DNA of 32,000 bases from an uncultured Clostridia bacterium (GTDB lineage: Bacteria > Bacillota > Clostridia > Lutisporales > Lutisporaceae), in NCBI GenBank assembly GCA_937930535.1, contig CALGKJ010000043.1, positions 1-32,000 of the forward strand. Reading direction: 5' to 3'. A model generated the notes under the pieces. It saw nothing but the letters and a program-made list of their open reading frames with translations, was not told where the DNA came from and searched no databases. This document shows, piece by piece, positions 25,693 through 32,000 of this stretch. Made by a program: the position numbers and the translations under genes. Each line of letters starts with the position of its first letter. Position 1 is the stretch's first letter.

Positions 25693-25862
25693 ACAAAGCA
25701 CCTCCACTTATACAAACTCGTATTAATTATACCATAAAAACCCAACAATAAACTTATAGTCTTTTCTTAGGTAGCAATATGTTAAACTGAGAATATATTG
25801 TCGAAATCCATATGCTCAGCATACACAAACATAACAAAACTCACCAGCATTCCATATACGCT

Positions 25863-26043
25863 AAAAGGTGCACACCCCTTGTCCAAAATGCACCTAAATG
25901 CACACCCCCGGTGCATTTTACCCTAATACTACCACAAATACCGACAAAATCCAGCAAATAACTACACATATTTTAACACAAAAAACACTAAAACCCTTTG
26001 AAATCAAAGGGTTTGCTATGTATCAATATAAAATTCTTATTTG
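25863..26043. repeat. Right copy of the ~182-bp direct repeat, abutting the tmRNA 3' end
   Basis: Aligns with 3987-4168. It ends in cttatttg, overlapping the first 2 nt of the tmRNA CCA end. Confidence 0.85.
25978..26014 (-). terminator. ssrA terminator
   Basis: Minus strand: aaaccctttga-tt-tcaaagggttt, followed by a T-rich run (tagtgttttttgtg). Confidence 0.75.
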
Positions 26044-26407
26044 GTGGAGGCGAGGGGAATCGAACCCCTGTCCGAAAGTGCTTCAACCAAAGCTTCTCCG
26101 AGCGCAGTTAATCCTTTAACATTCCCTCTGCTGCACGCCGATTAACAGGCTTACAGCTTTAGTAGCTTCATTTTACATCCCTATCGCAAAGCTTAGATAA
26201 GTGACGTCCTCACCTTACAGTGAGGCACACCGCTAAATGACGCCCAATCCTAAAGTGCGGTAACTCTAGGTTGAACGAGCAGCCTTAGGCTGCTAACGCG
26301 TAATTTTCGTTAGCGTTTAAATTTAATTTCCAGCTTTTTTTCGTGCCTCTGGGACCACGGCTCGCTACCTCAATCTCTACTACCCCCGTCGAAACCATTA
26401 CGCCCCC
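26042..26407 (-). ncRNA. ssrA: tmRNA (SsrA)
   Basis: The minus strand starts GGGGGCGTAATGGTTTCGACGGGGGTAGTAGAGATTGAGG and ends ...GGGGTTCGATTCCCCTCGCCTCCACCA (tRNA-like T-arm and acceptor). The internal tag ORF GCT AAC GAA AAT TAC GCG TTA GCA GCC TAA (26285-26314) encodes ANENYALAA*. Confidence 0.95.
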
Positions 26408-26580
26408 TTATATCATCAATGTTACTCTGCAATAAGCAAAATAACAAATAATGCTTTAGCATTATACTAATACTTTGGTATTATTGAGAACAAACTTCAA
26501 TATTAAAATTATACGATTTGTTCTCAGAAAGGTGTTAGCATCTCTTAGCGAAAACTATTTGAGCTTAGAGTTGATTACTC

Positions 26581-27045
26581 CTAATAGTCCTTACCTCTAA
26601 ATTGCCTTTCAATGTCACGTTTGGCATCTCGTTCAGCGATATCATGACGTTTGTCATGGAGCTGTTTACCTTTTGCTACTGCCAGTTGTACCTTTACTAA
26701 GCTGCCTTTAAGGTATATTGACAAAGGAATCAGCGTATATCCCTTTTGCTGTACATATCCCATAAGCTTATCTATTTCCTGCTTATGCATTAACAGCTTT
26801 CGGGTTCGCATTGGATCCTTATTAAATATGTTTCCTTTTTCGTAGGGACTTACATGCATATTGTATACAAATATTTCACCTTTATCTATTTGAGCATAGC
26901 TGTCTTTGAGGTTTACGCTTCCCATTCTTATGGATTTAACCTCAGTTCCAAAAAGCTCAATTCCTGCTTCATAGGTTTCCTCTATGAAATAGTCGTGTCT
27001 TGCTTTTTTATTTTGTGCAATTGTTTTTAAATTATCTTTTGCCAT
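26581..27045 (-). CDS. smpB: SsrA-binding protein SmpB
   Basis: [40 protein letters not shown]...KLLMHKQEI...KGKQLHDKR is canonical SmpB. The ATG at 27043-27045 with a GGTGGGGA SD is preferred; the 18 upstream codons in the tracked ORF are an artefact. Confidence 0.95.
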   Translation of the reverse strand: MAKDNLKTIAQNKKARHDYFIEETYEAGIELFGTEVKSIRMGSVNLKDSYAQIDKGEIFVYNMHVSPYEKGNIFNKDPMRTRKLLMHKQEIDKLMGYVQQKGYTLIPLSIYLKGSLVKVQLAVAKGKQLHDKRHDIAERDAKRDIERQFRGKDY

Positions 27046-27371
27046 AATATCCCCACCTGAAAGTTCGCTGTATTTATATATTATACCACCAGCTAACATG
27101 ATGTCAACCTAACTATTATATCTTAATACAATTGTAATAACAATGTAATATTTTGCCTATGAAATATTCGTATCTTTCATTATTATTTATATGAATTTTT
27201 AGATTAACTTAACTAAAGCAGACTATGAAACGCACAAATAAATATGGAAAAATCAGCAAAAACTCACATATAGCAAGCTTATGCTGATTCCCTTAATATT
27301 ATTCATTATTTCTATATTTCTTGCACCTAATAGCACATTATCAATTTTCTAACTTCTTCACAAATATTACT

Positions 27372-28898
27372 TTACATTCTCTTAATAATGCTCATAACAG
27401 CTTCCGTCATAGCATTGACTTCCTCGATAGAAGCATTTACTTCTTGTGTAGAAGCCGCCTGAGATTGAGTTAATGTAGTCATAGTTCCTATATGATTCAC
27501 AATAACTCCCAAGGAACTTTTCATATCGCTTAGGCTGCCTTTAATTTGCTCTACAGCATTTGCACTGCTTATTGCCAGCTTACGAACTTCTTCTGCAACT
27601 ACGCTGAATCCTTTACCTTGCTCTCCTGCTCTTGCAGCCTCAATTGCAGCATTCAATCCCAGTAAATTAGTTTGTTCAGCAAACTGCTTAATTAGCTCAA
27701 TAATATGAGTTGTTGAGTCTGCACTTATTTTGGTTTTCTGCGCTGATTCTAATGTAGCATCCTGGGCAGAAACAAGCTCTTGAGCACTAATGGTAACTCC
27801 TGTTATAGCTGCTACCATTTGATTCATCGACTCTGCAAGCTGTTCCATCATTACAGCCAGTTCCTGCTCTAGCTGCTTCTTCATTTTCTTCTTAGTAATA
27901 TCCTTCAAAGTACCAGCAACTCGCAAAGGAACACCATTTTTATCACGAAGTGTTTCGCCGCCGGCATAAAACCATCTATATTCTCCACTTTTAAGCTTTA
28001 ATCGATACTCTACACTGTATGGTATTCTTCCAGTTCTGTCATTTAAATGTGCAGCAAATGCTGCTATAACACGATCATAATCCTCAGGATGCAGCTTCTC
28101 ACTCCAACTGCTTAGTATGTTGGGAAAGTCCTGTTCATTGTTATATCCTAAGAGCTTACGGAATTGCGGAGACCACCAGAATTCATTATTAGGATTAACT
28201 GGATCACCAGCAATAACACTCATATCCCAAGGAGCATCACTTAGCTCTTCATCAGCGGCTAGTGCTTTGTTGATCAGTTCAAATCGTGTAACAATAGTTT
28301 CCAGTTCATCTTCTTTCGTTTTCTTTTCGTGTATATCATATAATGCTCCTGCTACTCTTAATGGAACTCCTGCTTTATCCCTTACAGTAGTCCCTGTGGC
28401 ATGGTACCAACGATACTCCCCATTTTTTTGCTGAACACGATATTTAACATCATAGGGAGTTCGCCCTGATTGATCAATCAAATGACCCATAAAAGCGTTC
28501 ATTACCATATCTTTATCTTTGGGATGTATACGGTCAATCAAGCTTTCGCTCCTGTTAGGAAAGTCATGTTCATTGTTAAATCCCAACATCTTACGGAACT
28601 GATCAGCCCAGATATATTTATTGTCAGGATTAACAGGATCACCTCCAACCACAAACATTTCCCATAATCCAACATTTGTAGCCTTATTAACTAACTCAAA
28701 GGATTCTAACATCCGTTGGTTATTATTATTTATTATATCCAGCATACTATTAAAATTATGGATAATTTGCTGAGCCTCTGGAGGTATATTTTGCACACCA
28801 GCTCGTGCACCAATTTTTCCCGCCTTTACGGCTTCTAATAGAGCTTCACTTTCAGCTAAAAGAAGGTTATAATTATTTTTTTCTTTTTTAAAAAGCAT
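27372..28898 (-). CDS. Soluble methyl-accepting chemotaxis protein with two tandem PAS domains
   Basis: No hydrophobic N-terminal segments. Two ~115-aa repeats ([21 protein letters not shown]...[25 protein letters not shown] and [21 protein letters not shown]...[25 protein letters not shown]). The C-terminus carries the MCP signalling core [31 protein letters not shown]. Confidence 0.85.
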   Translation of the reverse strand: MLFKKEKNNYNLLLAESEALLEAVKAGKIGARAGVQNIPPEAQQIIHNFNSMLDIINNNNQRMLESFELVNKATNVGLWEMFVVGGDPVNPDNKYIWADQFRKMLGFNNEHDFPNRSESLIDRIHPKDKDMVMNAFMGHLIDQSGRTPYDVKYRVQQKNGEYRWYHATGTTVRDKAGVPLRVAGALYDIHEKKTKEDELETIVTRFELINKALAADEELSDAPWDMSVIAGDPVNPNNEFWWSPQFRKLLGYNNEQDFPNILSSWSEKLHPEDYDRVIAAFAAHLNDRTGRIPYSVEYRLKLKSGEYRWFYAGGETLRDKNGVPLRVAGTLKDITKKKMKKQLEQELAVMMEQLAESMNQMVAAITGVTISAQELVSAQDATLESAQKTKISADSTTHIIELIKQFAEQTNLLGLNAAIEAARAGEQGKGFSVVAEEVRKLAISSANAVEQIKGSLSDMKSSLGVIVNHIGTMTTLTQSQAASTQEVNASIEEVNAMTEAVMSIIKRM

Positions 28899-29232
28899 GA
28901 TTATTTTCCCCTTTGCTTCTACAATACAATTAAATACTGTATTTTATTAGATTTAGACAAACATTACCTTAATAATAAATACCTAGAATAGAAGCAATAG
29001 CTAGTCTACGAATATGGTTGCTTCCCTATAGTACATTTTTTCTTGAAACGAACCTCTAAAGCACATAATAGAAGAAATCCCGAAATCCAAGGTAAAATAC
29101 CGTGAAACTCCGGGTTCTAAGTCCTTATGTATTTTTATTAAGATAGGGAAGCGAATTTCTTTCTAAAAGTGTTTCGAACAAAGCTTAGATAGGTGATAAA
29201 CACAATGAGTTGGGTTCACTGTTGCATAGCAC

Positions 29233-29385
29233 TCAATTGCTGCTTCATAAGTTACATAATAAAACAATCTCACTGCACTTTTCTATTTTGCAATTGCTGT
29301 GATATCCCGATCCTAAAGTTCGCTATACCTATATATTACAACACCACCCAACATTATGTCAACCTAACTGTTATACCTAGTGCTT
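29233..29385 (-). pseudogene. Degenerate duplicate of the smpB 5' end plus its upstream region
   Basis: Aligns with 26955-27125, for example aagttcgctatacctatatattaca..atgtcaacctaactgttata versus aagttcgctgtatttatatattata..atgtcaacctaactattata. The coding part reads ..ISQQLQNRKVQ*DCFI versus SmpB ..[13 protein letters not shown]. Confidence 0.6.
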
Positions 29386-29445
29386 TGTAACATTTTCCCT
29401 GTGTATATTCATATACTTGTCGATAGCTAATATTCTTATTTTTAA

Positions 29446-29486
29446 AACAGGGGAAGGTATTTTCCTCAGAAATACCCTCCCCTGTT
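29446..29486 (-). terminator. Terminator directly after rnr (bidirectional-looking)
   Basis: aacaggggaaggtattt...aaataccctcccctgtt is a long stem flanked by T-runs on both strands, 2 nt after the rnr stop. Confidence 0.75.
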
Positions 29487-29488
29487 TT

Positions 29489-31606
29489 TTATATTAATGC
29501 AAAGTCAATAGTCCTGCTTGCTACGTCTGCTTTTACCACACGGATTTTTACTACATCACCTATCTTGTAGGTTTTTTTCAGTCTTTCACCTATCAGCATA
29601 TGGTGCTTTTGATCAAAGATATAGTAGTCATCCTCAATATTGCTTATGTGAATCAAGCCTTCTACTGTATTATCCAGCTCAACGAACATACCAAAGGAGG
29701 TTACACTTGAGATTATACCTTCGTATTCTTCTCCTACTTTTTTCTTCATGTATTCGGTCTTTTTAAGATCTTCCACTTCTCGCTCAGCTTCCTCTGCCAT
29801 TCTTTCTCTTATTGATGATTGATCCGCAATCTGCTCTATTTTGGAGCTTAGTTCTCTTAATCGCTTTTCATTTAGCTTCCCATGTAAGTCTTCTTTTATT
29901 ATTCTGTGAATAATAAGGTCAGGATATCTTCTTATTGGTGAAGTAAAATGGCAGTAATATTTAGCTGCAAGCCCAAAGTGACCGTTGGTCAAACTAGTAT
30001 ACCTTGCCTTTTTAAGAGAACGAAGCATCAGTGTGCTTATTATTCTTTCCTCTCTTGTACCCTTCACCTGATCCATAAGCTGCTGTAAAGCCTTTGGATG
30101 TACTTCCGCAAGTCCCTTTAATGCGTATCCAAAATTGTGTATAAATTCGTTGAAGGTTTCTATTTTTTCCGGATCGGGATCTTCATGAACTCTATATACA
30201 AAGGGTCTTTCCTTCCAATACATATGCTCTGCTATAGTTTCATTACATACCAGCATAAATTCCTCAATTATCTGCTCTGATACACCTCTGTCATAAGGTC
30301 TTATTTCAATAGGTGTACCTTTATCATCAAGTATTATCTTTGTTTCCTGGAACTCAAATTCTACGCTTCCTCTTACTCTTCTCTTATTATTTAATATTTG
30401 CTTTAGCTCATCCATTACTTTAAAGGTTGGTACAAGCTCTTTATATCTTTCTATTGTCTCTGGATCATTGTCTGTAAGTATCTTGTTTACATTTTTATAT
30501 GTCATTCTTTCCTTTGTCTTTATGACACTCTCGTATATCTCATATTTTTGAACTTTACCTTTTTTATCTATCTCCATATCACAGCTAAGGGTTAGTCTTT
30601 CAACTTGTGGATTCAAGCTGCAAATTCCATTTGACAAACGTCTAGGAAGCATCGGTATTACTCTATCTATTAAGTATACACTGGTACCTCTCTTAAGTGC
30701 TTCCTTGTCTAATGGGCTGCTTTCAAATACATAGTGGCTGACATCTGCTATATGTACTCCTAATAGGTAGTTACCATTAGCCAGCTTCTCAACCGATACA
30801 GCATCATCCAAGTCCTTGGCATCTTCGCCGTCTATGGTCACTATGATTCTATCTCTGAGATCCATTCTCTTTTCTATTTCTTCTTCTCTTACCGTTTCAG
30901 GTATCTTTGCTGCTTGGCTTTCTACCTCTGACGGAAAGTCTTCTGGCAAATTGTGTCCTCGGATAACGGATAGAATATCTGTCCCTATATCATCCTTATG
31001 TCCTAGTATCTCAACTATCTTTCCTTCAGGATTTCTTCTTCCGTCTGGCCACTGAGTTATTTCTACTACTACCTTAAATCCGTCTTTTACTCCGTTAAAG
31101 TCTCCCTTTGAGATAAAAACATCCTGATATATCCTTGGATCATCGGGTACTACAAAACCAAAGTTTTTGCTGTTTTCAAAGGTACCCACAATTTTTTCAT
31201 TGGCTCTCTTTAATATCCTTATTACTTCACCCTCGCTTTTTTTGGTTTGAAGCTCCGGTGATGTAAGTCTGGCAATAACTCTATCATTGTGCATAGCACC
31301 ATTCAGTTTTTCCTGTGGAATGAATAAATCTTTAAAATCTTTATTGTCAGGGATCAGAAATGCAAAGCCTTTTTTATTTCCCTGTATACGTCCCGCTATT
31401 AGGTTCATTCTTTCTGTTGTTCCATATTTTTTCTTCTTGGTGATGATTATATCTCCGTTATCCTCCAGCTCCTTTAGCGACTGATTGAACTCTGATAGAT
31501 TTTCTTGATCAATATTGAGTTCTGCTTTAAGCTCTTCATAAGATAATGGTTTATATGCATCTGTCTTCATAAAATCCAAAACTATTTGTTTAATATTATT
31601 TTCCAA
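29489..31606 (-). CDS. rnr: Ribonuclease R
   Basis: 705 aa. N-terminal HTH/cold-shock-type region, RNB catalytic blocks (IDGEDAKDLDDAVS, HIADVSHYV, SVYLIDRVIPMLP, HFGLAAKYYCHFTSPIRRYPDLIIHR) and a C-terminal S1 domain (GIISSVTSFGMFVEL). TTG start with GGTAGGTG SD. Confidence 0.95.
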   Translation of the reverse strand: MENNIKQIVLDFMKTDAYKPLSYEELKAELNIDQENLSEFNQSLKELEDNGDIIITKKKKYGTTERMNLIAGRIQGNKKGFAFLIPDNKDFKDLFIPQEKLNGAMHNDRVIARLTSPELQTKKSEGEVIRILKRANEKIVGTFENSKNFGFVVPDDPRIYQDVFISKGDFNGVKDGFKVVVEITQWPDGRRNPEGKIVEILGHKDDIGTDILSVIRGHNLPEDFPSEVESQAAKIPETVREEEIEKRMDLRDRIIVTIDGEDAKDLDDAVSVEKLANGNYLLGVHIADVSHYVFESSPLDKEALKRGTSVYLIDRVIPMLPRRLSNGICSLNPQVERLTLSCDMEIDKKGKVQKYEIYESVIKTKERMTYKNVNKILTDNDPETIERYKELVPTFKVMDELKQILNNKRRVRGSVEFEFQETKIILDDKGTPIEIRPYDRGVSEQIIEEFMLVCNETIAEHMYWKERPFVYRVHEDPDPEKIETFNEFIHNFGYALKGLAEVHPKALQQLMDQVKGTREERIISTLMLRSLKKARYTSLTNGHFGLAAKYYCHFTSPIRRYPDLIIHRIIKEDLHGKLNEKRLRELSSKIEQIADQSSIRERMAEEAEREVEDLKKTEYMKKKVGEEYEGIISSVTSFGMFVELDNTVEGLIHISNIEDDYYIFDQKHHMLIGERLKKTYKIGDVVKIRVVKADVASRTIDFALI

Positions 31607-31733
31607 TAATATACACCTACCTATTCTTATTTTATTTTTTCTTTTGTTTTTATATATAACACATTAAAGAAATTGCATTAAGTAATCACTATGTACATGT
31701 TCTATCAAATAGAAATACCATCTTTAAATTATT

Positions 31734-32000
31734 TTAATATTGAAGTTGTTTCTCTATAATAAATTTGTCTACTTCTGAAAAAACTCTTTCCTTGTCACAA
31801 TCACTGGTAACTATATGTCCGCTTCTATGTAAATATACTATGCTTTTATCTGTTGAAGCTATTCTTTTATATATAATATTCGCACTAATGGGATTCACTA
31901 TTCTATCTCTATATGATTGCATAATTAATATAGGTTTATTAATTCTAGTTAGATTATTTTTTATATATCTTATAAGCCGGAAAAGATTATAAATGCTTAT
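31734..32000 (-). CDS. Alpha/beta-hydrolase carboxylesterase, C-terminal part (5' end is off-window)
   Basis: The frame is open to the window edge: ..LTRINKPILIMQSYRDRIVNPISANIIYKRI...LHRSGHIVTSDCDKERVF (catalytic His region). Its position upstream of rnr matches the Bacillus secG-est-rnr-smpB-ssrA arrangement. Confidence 0.65.
   Translation of the reverse strand: MSIYNLFRLIRYIKNNLTRINKPILIMQSYRDRIVNPISANIIYKRIASTDKSIVYLHRSGHIVTSDCDKERVFSEVDKFIIEKQLQY

Larger units (their letters stand above)
4169..25862. mobile_element. Mosaic genomic island downstream of ssrA (defence, toxin, prophage-remnant and recombinase modules)
   Basis: Bounded by the direct repeats. The content is accessory: TIR, GmrSD-like, TA, HEPN, polymorphic toxin, serine recombinases, phage pseudogenes and a transposase fragment. 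The conserved rnr-smpB-ssrA block lies immediately to the right. Confidence 0.65.

Noticed and set aside
26581-27099. The 18-codon N-terminal extension of smpB in the ORF track ([18 protein letters not shown]).
   Set aside because: Canonical SmpB starts at MAKDN, with a good SD. The extension overlaps the sequence that is duplicated at 29310-29385 as non-coding DNA.
22217-29486. Three terminators share an AACAGGG...CCCTGTT stem (22224-22247, 24308-24342, 29446-29486). I considered a repeat family.
   Set aside because: The similarity is limited to a 7-8-bp G/C clamp typical of terminators in AT-rich genomes. The loops and flanks differ, so this is probably convergence.
1-32000. CRISPR arrays, rRNA/tRNA genes, retron-like ncRNA and tyrosine integrase at the ssrA island.
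   Set aside because: I scanned for regularly spaced short repeats, cloverleaf-like segments and R..HxxR..Y integrase ORFs and found none. The only structured RNA gene I can support is tmRNA.

Overview
AT-rich, Clostridia-like Firmicute chromosome segment. The right end holds the conserved core block esterase-rnr-smpB-ssrA (all minus strand, 26042-32000), with a soluble PAS-PAS chemoreceptor gene wedged between rnr and smpB. Directly downstream of the tmRNA gene lies a ~21.7 kb mosaic accessory island (about 4169-25862), bracketed by ~182-bp imperfect direct repeats. Read along the minus strand, the island contains: (i) a HEPN-like protein plus a Phd/ParE-RelE toxin-antitoxin pair; (ii) a decayed siphovirus-type late region (frameshifted major tail gene, tail chaperone, dead DDE transposase, frameshifted amidase) carrying an intact nucleotidyltransferase + TIM-barrel gene pair; (iii) a 1349-aa polymorphic-toxin-like protein with a C-terminal PD-(D/E)xK-like module, followed by two small immunity-like genes; (iv) a SymE-like toxin, an amber-interrupted sigma-region-4/zinc-ribbon gene, a 51-aa ORF and two overlapping large serine recombinases; (v) five separately spaced same-strand genes (TIR protein, DUF262/DUF1524 GmrSD-like nuclease, SseB-like protein, and two uncharacterised proteins) whose spacers share a recurring inverted-repeat module. 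Left of the island are an IS21-family element (TSD present, istA carrying an in-frame amber) and a collision between an IS66 transposase fragment and a truncated M28 peptidase gene. No CRISPR array, rRNA or tRNA gene was seen. All family calls come from motifs read by eye, with no database search.
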